Shown here: one piece after another, positions 39,160-52,401 of the stretch
Numbering within the stretch: position 1 is the stretch's first letter
Layout of the letters: the number at the start of each line of letters is the position of its first letter
Origin: Paragordius varius
Taxonomy: Eukaryota > Animalia > Nematomorpha
Direction: 5' to 3'
Length of the DNA: 64,000 nt
Assembly: GCA_964247055.1 (NCBI GenBank)
Contig: OZ176060.1
Location: 1,302,001-1,366,000 of the forward strand
The notes under the pieces: model-generated
The model's input: only the letters and a program-made list of their open reading frames with translations
Told to the model about the DNA's origin: nothing
The model's database searches: none
Position numbers and translations under genes: made by a program

Positions 39160-42100
39160 TTATCTATTGGATTTTGCCACGCGTTCCAATTCATCTTTCT
39201 TCTTGATGGCATACGAATTGGAAGATCCCTAAAGCATATACAAATATATATATATATAGAAATTGAAAAAACTTAAAAAAAAAATTATTGTCAAGTAATA
39301 ACTAATATATAGTATTTGCAATTGAAATTTACCCTTGAACAATTGAATTTTACGCTTTAACAGTTTAAATTCACCCTTGAACACAATTCAAATTCACTCT
39401 TGAACAATTGAAAAACACCCTTAAATAGTTCAAATTCCCCCTTAAACAATTCAAAATCACCTTTAAATAGTTCAAATTCTCCCTTAATCAATAGGAATTC
39501 ACCCTTATATACTTAAAACCCTTAAATAATTTAAATATACCCTTAAACAATTAAAATTTACCGTTAAATAATTTAAATTCACCCTTAAACAATTCAAATC
39601 ACCCTTGAACACAATAGAAATTAACCCTCGAAAAATAAAAATTCACCCTAAACAATTGAAATTCACTCTAGAACAATTCAAATTAACCCTTGAACAATTC
39701 AAATTCACCCTTAAATACTTCAAAACCCTCTTAAACAATTTAAATCAAAATCAACCAAAATTATTATATTGTGTAGTGTTTTTGAATATCAAAAATTTCC
39801 TAAATTTTTTTATAAAAGTAAGAATACTATGTGTATAACAAAAAAATTATAATTAATGCTGCCATAAAGAAATACTTTATTATATTAATGAAAAAGAGTT
39901 ACATATTAACACATCAATCAAATAATGATATATTTTTCAAAGAGTAAATCAAATAATTAATTAATGGTAATAATATTTTAATAAACCCCAAAGCACCCCC
40001 CTGGAAAATTATTGTTTCTGAAGAAAGGAGACCCCTATTCTGAAAAAAAAACCATTTAAACAATATAAACACCTATTTTTTGTCATTAAAAATACTGAAA
40101 ATTTTTCACTGATAGGATGATACTTAAAACGACTAAAAAACTTGTAAAAGCATCAAACTCACTTTAGAAAAACCCAGAAAATCCTATAAAAAACTAAATT
40201 TGTTTTAGAGACAACCGCCGTAAACATAATCCATATGTATATATATATTCAAAAAAACCCAAAACAAATATTCTAGATTATTATACAATGGATAAGTTTT
40301 GAACAGTAAAAACTTTTCTAGACAACTAAAAACGCTTCAAACACCACTATAGATGTCAAAATCACTTTAGAAAAACTTTGGAAATCGCTCTAGAAAAGGC
40401 CCAAAAATTTTTGATGTTGAAACCATCGCCGTAAAATTATTTTTGGCATATAATAGCTAATCTTTTTAAGATATTCCTTTGCGACATTAACTTTCCAGAG
40501 TTCTAAGAAAACCTTTTTTGTCATCAAAAAGTTATAAAAACGACTCAACAACGACGCAAACACTACTATATAGACGTTAAAAATGCTCGGAAATCCTGAA
40601 TAAAAAATTTTGATGTTAAAACCATCGCCGTAAAATTATTTTTTTATAATTTCCAATTCTTTTTAAGATATTCGTTCTTGCGATATTAACTCTCCAAAGT
40701 ACTAAGAATACCTAGTTGTCACCAAAAACCTCTATTATAAAGCTTCAAACACTACTATGGACGTCAAAAATGCTCTAAAACCCAGAAAATCGCTCTAGAA
40801 AGGTCCACCCAAAAAATTTTTTTAAACCATCGCCGTAAAATTTTTTTGGCATATAATTTCTATGAGGCATGCAAATAAAACAATCACCTTAACTTTTGCC
40901 GTATATTAAACTATAATGAACTTTCCAGAATATTAAGAAAACCTTGTTGTCACAAAATACTTCTTTAGACAACTAAAAACGACTTAAACACTACTATAGA
41001 CGTCAAAATCACTCCAGAAAAACCCTGGAAATCGCTCTAGAAAAGGCCCAAAAAAATTTATTGAAACCTTCTTAGTAAACAAAATGAATACACATATCTG
41101 CCCACAAAATTAATGTAAAATCTAGTCTCGAACAGTAAAAACTTCTCTATTAAAACTACCGACTTAAACATTCGTAAAAATTATCATAAATGCTCTAAAA
41201 CCCTGGAAATCGCTCTAGAAAAGGCCCAAAAATTTTTGTTAAAGCCATCGCTGTAAAATTCTTAATCCATGTAAAATTTCTAATTTTTTTTGTTCGATCT
41301 CCATACCTTTGCCGCATTTATAAGTTCATCGGCCAAGCATTCAGCAATACTTTTTTTATTACGAAAAGCTGATTCACGCGCCTAAATAAATGCCTTAAAG
41401 CAATAAAAACCTTCTAATTTTGCATAGTTTTCTTTAAAACGAAGAAAGATTCTCTAGAAAAACGCTAAAAACACTTCAAAAACTACTATATAAGTAAAAA
41501 ATGCTCTAAAACCCTGGAAATCGCTCTAAAAGTCTTAAATTTAACCGCCGTAAACGAAATCAATACACATATCTATAAAATACACAAAAGATTCTTGAGT
41601 AATAAAAAATTTAGTCTCGAACAGTAAAAACTTCTCTCTAGAACTAAAAACGCTTCAAACACTACTATAGACGTCAAAAATGCTATAAAACACTATAAAT
41701 GCTCTAAAACCCAGAAATTCACTCTAGAATAGGCCTAAAAATTTTTTGTTGAACCATCGCCGTAAAATTCATTTTTGGCATATTATTTCATATTCCTTCA
41801 TCATACCTTTGCCGCATTTATAAGTTCGTCGGCCAAGCATTCCGCAATAGTTTTTATATTACGAAAAGCAGATTCACGCGCCCCCGTAATGTAAATTGCC
41901 ACATTAACTCTCCAGAGTACTAAGAAAACCTTGTTGTCACCAAAAACTTCTATTAGAACTAAAAACGACGCTTCAAACACTACTATATAAGTAAAAAATG
42001 CTCTAAAACCCTGGAAATCGCTCTAAAAAACGTCAAGTTTTTGTAGAGACAGCCGCTTTAAACAAAATCCATATCTATACAAAACCAGAACAAAAGATTC

Positions 42101-45039
42101 TTGATTAGTATACTATCTAGTCTCGAACAGTAAAAACTTCTTTCTCTAGACAATTGAAAACACTTCAAAAACATTTAAAGACATCAAAAATGTTCTAAAA
42201 TCCTGGAAATCGCCCCAGAAAAGCCCGCCCAAAAATTTTTGTTAAACAATCGCCGTAAAATTTTTTTCCACATAAAATTCACCATACCTTTGCCGCATTT
42301 ATAAGTTCATCGGCCAAGCATTCCGCAATAGTTTTTATATCACGAAAAGCTGACTCCCGGGCGCCAGTAACCAGCATATAAATTGCGACATTAACTCTCC
42401 TCAGGGGGGAAACATCGAAAATTTCTCTAGAAAAAGAACTAAAAACGCTTCAAGAACTACTTAAGACGTCGAAAATGCTCTAAAACCCAGGAAATTGCTC
42501 TAGAAAAGCCCGCCCAAAAAATTTTGTTAAACCATCGCCGTAAAATTTTTCTTCATAATCTTTTTTGATTCAAATACCTTTGCCGCATTTATAAGTTCAT
42601 CGGCCAAGCATTCAGCAATAGTTTTTATGTTACAAAAAGCAGATTCTCGCGCCCCTGTACGCAGCATATAAATGGAGACATTAACTCTCTTTCAGTGTAA
42701 AATTTCAAAAATTTCTCTAGAAAAAAACTAAAAACCCTTCAAAAACTACTATTGATGTCAAAAATGCTCAAAAACCCTGAAAATCGCTCTAGAAAGGCTC
42801 GCCCAAAAATTGTTTAACCATCGCCGTAAACATAATCAATACACATGTCTAAAAAGAACCTAGAACAAAAGATTCTTGATTATTATGCAATCAATCTTGA
42901 ACAGTAAAAACTACTATATAAACCTCAAAAATCTCTAAAACCCTGGAAATCGGTCTAGAAAAAGCCCAAATATTTTTGTTAAACCATCGCCTTAAAATTT
43001 ATTTCATATAATTTCCAATCTCCATAACTTTGCCGCATTTATAAGTTCGTCGGCCAAGCATTCAGCAATAGTTTTTATGTTTCGAAAAGCTGACTCTCGC
43101 GCCCCTGTAACCAACATGTAAATTGCGACATTAACGCTCCTTCAGTGTAAAATTTCAAAAATTTCTCTAGAAAAAAACTAAAAACGCTTCAAGAACAACT
43201 TAAGACGTCAAAAATGCTTTAAAACACTAAAAATGCTCTAAAACCCAGGAAATCGCTCTGGCCCAAAAATTTTTGTTAAACCATGCCGTAAACGAAATCA
43301 ATACTCATTCTTAAAAACTCAGAACAAAAAATTCTTGATTAATCAATGAGTATTAAACAGTAAAAACCTAGACAACTAAAAACGACTTAAACACTGCTAG
43401 AGACTTTAACCCTGGAAATCCCTCAAGAAAAGGCCCAAAAATTTTTGTTAAACCATCGCCGTAAAATTCTCAATCCACGTGAAATTTTTTCAAATTCTTT
43501 TTTTGATTCAAATACCTTTGCCGCATTTATAAGTTCATCGGCCAAGCATTCCGCAATAGTTTTTATGTTTCTGAAAAGCTGATTCACGCGCGTCTGTAAC
43601 CAGCATGTAAATTGCGACATTAACTCTCCTGAGAACTAAAAAAACCTTGTTGTCACCAAAAACTTCTCTAGACAACTAAAAACGACTCAAAAATTACTAT
43701 AGACGTCAAAAATGCTCTAAAACCCAGGAAATCGCTCTAAAAGTCTTAAATTTAACCGCCGTAAACGAAATCAATACACATATCTATAAAATACACAAAA
43801 GATTCTTGAGTAATAAAAAATTTAGTCTCGAACAGTAAAAACTTCTTTCTAGAATTAAAAACGCTTCAAACACTACTATAGACGTCAAAAATCGCTCTAA
43901 AACACTAAAAAATGCTCTAAAACCCTGGAAATCGCTCTAGAAAAGGCCAAAAACTTTTTGTTTAAACCATCGCCGTAAAATTCATTTTTGGCATATTATT
44001 TCATATTCCTTCATCATACCTTTGCCGCATTTATAAGTTCGTCGGCCAAGCATTCCGCAATAGTTTTTATATTACGAAAAGCAGATTCACGCGCCCCCGT
44101 AATGTAAATTGCCACATTAACTCTCCAGAGTACTAAGAAAACCTTGTTGTCACCAAAAACTTCTATTAGAACTAAAAACGACGCTTCAAACACTACTATA
44201 TAAGTAAAAAATGCTCTAAAACCCTGGAAATCGCTCTAAAAAACGTCAAGTTTTTGTAGAGACAGCCGCTTTAAACAAAATCCATATCTATACAAAACCA
44301 GAACAAAAGATTCTTGATTAGTATACTATCTAGTCTCGAACAGTAAAAACTTCTTTCTCTAGACAATTGAAAACACTTCAAAAACATTTAAAGACATCAA
44401 AAATGTTCTAAAATCCTGGAAATCGCCCCAGAAAAGCCCGCCCAAAAATTTTTGTTAAACAATCGCCGTAAAATTTTTTTCCACATAAAATTCACCATAC
44501 CTTTGCCGCATTTATAAGTTCATCGGCCAAGCATTCCGCAATAGTTTTTATATCACGAAAAGCTGACTCCCGGGCGCCAGTAACCAGCATATAAATTGCG
44601 ACATTAACTCTCCTCAGGGGAGAAACATCGAAAATTTCTCTAGAAAAAAACTAAAAACGCTTCAAGAACTACTTAAGACGTCGAAAATGCTCTAAAACCC
44701 AGGAAATCGCTCTAGAAAAGGCCTAAAAATTTTTGTTAAAGCCATCGCCGTAAAATTCTCAATCCACGTGAAATTATTTTCATGTTCTTATTTGATTCAA
44801 ATACCTTTGCCGCATTTATAAGTTCATCGGCCAAGCATTCAGCAATAGTTTTTATATTACGAAAAGCAGATTCACGCGCGCCTGTAACCAACATGTAAAT
44901 TGCGACATTAACTCTCCTCAGGGGCGAAACATCGACGGCTTGTCGTCTAACAGTTCCAGCTCGTCCAATCCGGGTGGAATCTTCGCGTGGACCACTGTTA
45001 CTAATGGCATCAACCAGAATTTGCAATGGGTTCTAAGGA

Positions 45040-45070
<31 letters not shown>

Positions 45071-48000
45071 AGATTATAAGAAAATTCACCCTTAAACAAT
45101 CAAATTCGTCCTTGAACAATTCAAATTTTATGAATCATTTACAATCAACTTAACCCTAACAATTTAAATTTACCATTTACATTTCAAATACACCTTTAAA
45201 CGATTTAATTTCATTCTCAAACGATTCAAATTCACCCTTAAACAATTCAAATACACCTTTGAACGATTTAATTTCATTCTCAGACGATTCAAATTAACCC
45301 TTAAACAATTCAAATTCACCCCCCTAACTAAAATATATGTTTTTTAAGATTAAAAACTATATTTGAACTGTAAATGGTATATATATATATATACATAAGA
45401 AATTTTATAAATATATTTAAAATTACGCTTGAAATAATTTAAAACCGCAAAAATTATTAAAACAGCCACCAAGATTATCATGAAGCCCCCTTTTTTTAAT
45501 TCTATAAGCAAAAAAAGTATAAGAAAAAAGAGAAAATTGAATAAATATGGCATGGACTTTAAATAAGATATTTATGATAATTTTCGCGTAGCTGCTTTGA
45601 TAATTTTTGGGGTTTTTACTTATTTTGAAAATTTTATAAACCATTTACAGTTCAAATTTCACCCTTGAAAAAATATTTTGAAACGTATGCTCTCAACAAT
45701 GTATACACACCATTAGTTTTTATTTTTTTATAAACTTAAAAATAATAAATTTCGGATATTAAGGTACTATAAAAACAACTTTTTGTTTAAACCCCCTGAG
45801 GTGGCTTAGAACTTCTTCTTGCAATATACCTTACCTTGAAATTAGGTTTTAAACCCAAATAATTAATAAAATATCCAATTTTAAATTTCATGTCAAACAA
45901 TATCAGGAAACTCATGGAGATTTAGTAACAAGCGTAAATTTTTTTACAAAACCCTTGAAATTAGTGTCAGAATCCATAAAGACCCTTTCAAAATTATTGT
46001 TAAAAAAATTTAATTTATGTAAGACTAAAAAATTTATCTTAAAGATCCCAAAAACTTATTTAAATCTTTCAAGGCTTAACTTGTAAGTTATCAAACATAT
46101 ATCAAAGTTAACAGAATAATTTAAAAAGGGTCATATTCAACATTACATAAAACCATTTATAATCATAAACAAATTAATTTGGGAACAACTAAAGTCCTTT
46201 ACAGAAAACTTTAAAATTTATTCAAAACTTTAAGAGAACTTTAAAAAGTTTTAAACTTTCAAAAAAACTAAAAATTTGAAACCTGTCCAGTTAAAAGGAA
46301 TATAATTTCAAACCTGTGTCTTACAATTTAAAACAAATTTAATTAGGGACAACCTAAAGTCTTTAGTGATTGAAAACTTTTAAAGAAATCAAATTTATTC
46401 AAAACTCTAAAAAAACTTTAACAAGTTTGAAACTTTTCAAAAAAACTAAATTTTATTAAAACTCCAGTTAAGAGGAATATAATTTCAAACGTATGTTCCA
46501 CAATTCATAAAGCCATATTTGAAATTAGAAACAAATTTAATTAGGGACAACTAAAGTCTTTAGTGATTGAAAACTTTTAAAGAACTCAAATTTATTCAAA
46601 ACTTTAAAAACTAGCTTTAAATCAAACCTGTCCAAAAAATAATTTAAAAAAAATTTTAAATACCCAAAAAACTTTAAAAAAAGTTAAATTTTGTTGTTTC
46701 AAACACTGCAACTTTAAATGAAAATACAAAATCCTAAAAAAACTCTAAGAGAACTTTAAAAAGTACTAAAATTTTCCAAAATCATTAATTTTTAAACCTG
46801 TCCAGTTAGAAGGAATATAATTTCAAACGTATGTTCCACAATCCGTAAAACCATATTGAAATCAAAAACAAATTTAATTAAGGACAAATAAAGTCTTTAA
46901 TGGTGGAAAACCTCAAATTAATTCAAAACTCTAAGAAAACTTTAACAAGTTTTAAACTTTTCAAAAACTAGCTTTATTAAAAAAAACCTGTCTAGTTAAC
47001 AGAAATAAAATCTGAAACGTATGTTCAACAATTATAAAGCCATATATGAAATCAAAACAAATTTAATAAAGAACAAATAAGGTCTTTTTGATAGAAAACT
47101 ATAAAAAAACTCTAATTTATTCAAAACTCTAAGAGAACTTTAAAAACTTTGAAACTTTTCAAAAATTAAATTTATATAAAACCTGTCCAGTTAGGAGGAA
47201 TAAAATTTCAAACGTATGTTCCACAATTCGTAAGGTCAATTTGTAATCAAAAACATATTAGATTAAGGAAAACTTTGAAAGAACTCATATTTATTCAAAA
47301 CTCTAAGACTTTAAAAAGTTTGAAACTTTTCAAAAAAAACTAAATTTTATAACCTTAAAACCATATTGAAAATCAAAAACAAATTTAACAACAACTAAAG
47401 TTAATGGTGAAAAACTTTGAAAGAACTCAAATTTATTCAAAACTCTAAGTAAATTTTAAACATTTCAAAAACTATCTTATTTAATCAAACATGTCCAGTT
47501 AACAGAAATTTAATTTAAAAAGTATGTTCAACAATTCGTAAAGCCACATTCGAAATCAAAAACAAATTTTATTATAATCTACTAAAGTTTTTTTGTGAAA
47601 AACTTTAAAAGAACCCAAATTTATTCAAAAAAAGAACTTTGAAAAGTTTTAATCAAAAAGTAAAAAATAAACCTGTAAAATTAACAGGAATAATTTCAAA
47701 CATATGTTCCACAATTCATAATTTGAAATCAACAAATTTTAAGAACAATTAAAGTGTTTAATAGTGGAAAACTTTAAAACTCTAAGAGAACTTTAAAAAG
47801 TTTTAAACTTTTCAAAAAATTTAAGTTTTAAAAAAGTTAAAATTAAAAAACTTGTCCAGTTAACAGAAATATAATTTCAAACGTATGTCCCACAATTCAT
47901 AAAGCCAATTTAAAATCAAAAACAAATCTAATTAAGGAAAACTAAAGTGAAACTCTAAAAGATTTAAAACTCTAAAAAAACTTTTTAAAATTTAAATTTT

Positions 48001-48366
48001 AAAAACCTGTCCAGTTAAGAGAAATATAATTTCAAACGTATGTTCAACAATCCGTACAGCCATCAATTTTTTCCCATTATTCCGACCATGCATCATTAGG
48101 GAATTAACCAAGCGTTCAACTATGTGACATTGAGCTTTTCGAAATTTTTTAACCGCATACCTCCCAGCTGTATGAGGCAAATATTTTGCATGCTTATCCT
48201 TGATTGCAATGTAATCTACGAGGCCAAGATCAGAAACTTGAACATCGTAAGGATTCCATTTTCCAAATAGCTTAATTTCTGGTAATTCCGTAGCAGATAA
48301 ACCACCTCCATTGTTTCCAATTTGAATCATATTATCTTCTTCAGTCATAATTTCTTCGTCAGCCAT
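39160..48366 (-). CDS. RPS5: 40S ribosomal protein S5 (uS7), 218 aa. Exons 48366-48007, 45032-44805, 39228-39160
   Basis: EIKLFGKW...[34 protein letters not shown]...LTGQ|[42 protein letters not shown]...ADELINAAK|[26 protein letters not shown], phase 0 introns. Confidence 0.97.
40480..44804 (-). repeat. Array of RPS5 exon-2 3' end + donor copies in intron 2 (8 clear copies plus remnants)
   Basis: ...GAACTTATAAATGCGGCAAAG|GT copies with plus-strand donor edges at 44501, 44020, 43516, 43028, 42578, 42288, 41807 and 41307; remnants at about 40900, 40690 and 40490. Confidence 0.95.
46280..48006 (-). repeat. Array of RPS5 exon-1 3' end + donor copies in intron 1 (8 copies plus fragments)
   Basis: [12 protein letters not shown]|GT-like copies at about 47852, 47673, 47491, 47183, 46988, 46798, 46463 and 46283. 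Confidence 0.9.
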
Positions 48367-48453
48367 TTTGGAATAAAGTTAGGTAAATTTAGAGTTTTTA
48401 AGCAAATAAATGCGTAATTTTAAGAATTATATTAAGTAGGAAATATTTGTGTA

Positions 48454-48461
48454 TGAAAGAG
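48454..48461 (-). promoter_or_regulatory. Candidate TCT/5'TOP initiator of RPS5
   Basis: Minus-strand CTCTTTCA about 90 nt upstream of the ATG; matches the YYCTTTYY ribosomal-protein core promoter consensus at 7 of 8 positions. A short motif in AT-rich DNA, so weak evidence. Confidence 0.4.
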
Positions 48462-50405
48462 TGATGACAGATGTTTATTATATTAGAGAAATGGTGTGCA
48501 TGGTAAAATAAAAAAAAATTTTAAAGATTTATAAATTTATAAATATAATTTATATTAATTTTATGGTTAAATCTAAGAACAAGGAATTATATATATATTT
48601 TTAATAGTTAAATTTAAATTTCTAACAACCATACACAAGAATTTTTTATGTACGATTTATATCACACAGATTGAAGCCATAAAAACTAAAGCTCTGTCTA
48701 GAAAATTATGAAATTTAAACATGATTTTGCATCTATATATATTTAAAATTGGATATCAAACGTCAGCAGCATTAAATAGAGATTATTATAGTTTTAAAGT
48801 GTTAACGTTTGCACAATTCTAAATATAAAATTAAGTTTCGAAAAATTGCCAAATTCAAGGCATTTTATGACCATTTAAGTAGTTTTATATCCCTTTGTGA
48901 TTTAAATTTGATATCAAAAAGCAATTCTATTTCCGGAATAAAAAAGCATTATTTAGCCTAGCGCATAATAAAAAAAATCCAATCTTTTATTACAACTACA
49001 GTTTTGTGTAAACAATTAAATTTTGGGAGAGTTTTATATGTCAGAGCTATGACTCGTAGAAGTTTTGTTTAATAATTATTTTACTTAAATTTAATTAACT
49101 TGGATTGTGTAAAAAACATCCAGATAAACATATATATATTATATGGTTTAATAGGATATTTATGGGATTATGGTGGTTTGGGGCTTGTGATCGCTATGCG
49201 AATTGTGTTTGATTAAAATTTGGTAAAGTTAAAATATTTATTTCATAAATAAAATATCATGTAAGTATAGGTACAATATATTTAAAGGGGCAGTTACTAA
49301 AATGAATTGATGACCTTTTTCACTTTATTTTGTCCATGATATATTGGGGTAAATTTATATCCCAGAGCTTTATCTAATAAATAAACTACTTTTTTTAAGT
49401 TATCAAAGTTTAAATTTAATTATCAAACCTTGTTATCCAGTATTGATTAAAAAAGACTATATTTTTCAGTTTCGAATCTAAAATTGGGAGATAGCGCAAT
49501 ACGATTAAACTAAACAGCTAAATTAAAATCAATAATATCAAGTTTTTGCTAGTAAATGCATGTAGAAAGGTTATAAAATTAATTATTTTCCATTTTTAAT
49601 CATGATACTTTATTTATTTTTCTGTTGTGCATGAGCGAATTAAAAATAAAAGATAAAAATAGCGGGAAAAAAGTTTGAGATGAATATTTTTTGATAATTT
49701 TAGATTTTTTCAAAAAACATTTGTGTATTATGCACCTATAAGGCCAAAAAACGCTTAATTAAATTCAATATATTTTTAAAGATTTTCGGTATAATACTAC
49801 CACAAAAGGTCTGGGCTTCAAAAATCCAAAAGCTTTTGCTTTTCTAAATAAGGCTGGTTTTCTTAGAATAATAGTAAAAATGCCGAGATTTTCCTATAAA
49901 TATATATATTTATATATGCTAAATTATGACATCCAAAATCTTATTTTTTTATAAAAAATGCAGACTTTGTATAAAATCTTTAACAAAGTTTTGTGAAGCG
50001 TACTTCATACTATTTTCAAGGGCAAAGGGGATACAATTTAAACATTTTTTTCTACCTAATTCGATTATGCATAACATTTCCATTATCTTAGGAATTCGAT
50101 TAAAATAATAATGTTAAATATAATCTTTTTATTTTTGATATATATCCAAATTTCAAAAAATAAACTTTTATTTAAATTATCATATAATAAATTCAGAATC
50201 ATTTAAATATAAACGATTGCTATAATTTAAAGTGTTTTTATATCGTTTTAATCATGCTTGAAAATACTGTTAACTCCCTTGACCATAAATTTTTAGTTAC
50301 TTTTTCATTTTTTTAGAAAAATACTTTTTATGATGTCAATATTTACGTTTTTTATGTCGCGTTCTCGATCTGTCGCCTTTATCTAATGAACTTGTCCGTT
50401 ATGGG

Positions 50406-52401
50406 TAAGGTGACCAGACGTCCCGCTTTTGGCGGGACAGTCCCGCTTTTTCACACTTTGTCCCGCTTCCTGTTACGTTTTTAAATGTCCCGCTTTTTCA
50501 CGATTATATAAAAAAAAATTTTTTTTAATACAAATAAATTTTTTTTGTCCGTTTATTTTATCATTAAATATCTTTAAAATCTATTCAATTTTAAATTAAA
50601 ATCTTTTATTTTAAATTTAAAATATTTATTTTTTTCGAATTTATATCATGTGATTATACACTATACTTCCTACTACTACTGTCATTATTATCAAAAAGCC
50701 AAGTTAATACCACAAATCTCAAGATTAAAAGACAAATTGATACCACAAATCGGTACCTTACACGTTTATCACAGAAAATTAAGGTAATATAATATTTATT
50801 ATACTAATAGTAGTTTATAAATATGAGCACAAAAAGAGGTTGTAAATTCAACGATAAATTAATGAAGGATTTTCCTTTTATTAAAAAAACGAAGAATGAA
50901 TCATTTGTTAAATGTCTTATATGCGAGGGGGAATTCACCCTAGCACATGGCGGCAAGTATGATATTACAAAGCATATGGAAACACAGAAACATAAAAAAT
51001 GTTTAGATATGGGGGCATCATCTTGCAAAATGAGCTATTTTTTTTCGAAAAACCACTTTTGGAGAGGAAGAAAAGAATTTGACAGCGTGTTATCTTTTCA
51101 CGCCGTTAATCACAATCATTCCTTTAGATCTATGGATTGTACCTCACAGGTTATTTGCACGTTATTCAATAAAAAATTTACATGTGCCCGTACAAAGGCT
51201 GAAGCCATTGTGTGCAATGTGCTTTCGTCACATGAATTTTCTGAAATACAAAAAAATTTGCTGAAAATTAATTCCATATCGCTATACTCTGATGCATCAA
51301 ATCACCATGAAACAAAATTATTTCCCACTTTGATGAGATATTTGATTCAGAAACCGGAGTAAAAATTAAAATTTTAGATTTAATTTCCCTACCCGGTGAA
51401 AATTCCGAAATAATATTTACTTCAATAATGCAAAAAAATAATTTAAAATACAAAATTATCGTATATTGCGATGACAACACCAATATGAACTTTGGTGGAA
51501 AAGCAAGGAGAGGAAAAAAAAATATTTTTCATAAATTAACAGATAATCTTAATCAAAACATTATTGGCGTTGGGTGTGCAGCGCATATAACACAGTGTGC
51601 AAAATTGGGGGTATTTATTTTCTCAGGATATCATATTAAGCTTAATATGACCGTTGTGACATAGACATCCTAAAAATATAAGGATAAAAAAAATTGTCAA
51701 TGTAGAAAATTTTTTTTTAACTTTTTCCATATATGGATATATTCGGAAAAAATCAATTTATTTGCATAATACTTGATCAAAAATTATAAAACTTATATAT
51801 AATATAAATAATATTAAATAAATATTATTTGCAAATTTTGGCTCATTATGAATGGATAGATTTAAAATAAACGTCAATTTATTAAATCCAACTAAATTTA
51901 GCCCTTTATATTAGTAACATAAAAAATACTTGATGAAAATCAATATAATATGCGCCAAAATTTAAGTTTAACTTTATATGTTAATATAAATATTACTTAT
52001 ATATAATAAAAATTAGGTTTTAACTAAGTTAAAAATTTTTGAAATTTTTTATTTTACTAAAATAAAATTAAATTTTTTTAATATCAACTGTAATATATTC
52101 ATGTCTGGTGATTATAAATATAACCATATGGATTTTTTTACCTGGATTTTTGAATTGTAGATGATATTGACTGTTGCTTTACCCTGATAAGATGGTATAT
52201 TTTATAATAATTATAGATAAATATATTTGGAATTTAGATATAACATTGAAAAACCAATGTAATCCATTGTGAAAATCATATTTTAAAGACAAACTTGCTA
52301 ATCACAAGCATACATCCACCAGAAAATTATATTTTGATACATTATGTTCATTGTGTAATAAATTAGTCCCGCTTTTTCCTTCAAAAAATCTGGTCACCTT
52401 A
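50406..52401 (+). mobile_element. hAT Blackjack-like transposon, internally deleted
   Basis: Perfect 13-bp TIR TAAGGTGACCAGA / TCTGGTCACCTTA, with subterminal GTCCCGCTTTT repeats at both ends. Resembles the TAGGGTGACCA termini of Blackjack-type hATs (from recall). Flanks GTTATGGG / GTTACATA only half match. Confidence 0.8.
50823..51600 (+). pseudogene. hAT transposase N-terminal half (BED-type zinc finger and catalytic start), frameshifted and truncated
   Basis: VKCLICEGEFTLAHGGKYDITKHMETQKH, HNHSFRSMDC, KFTCARTKAEAI, SLYSDASNH, YCDDNTNMNFGG, GVGCAAH (CxxH). Confidence 0.8.

Noticed and set aside
43423-43620. ORF with [20 protein letters not shown] as an RPS5 paralogue
   Set aside because: A frameshifted intronic copy of the exon-2 end.
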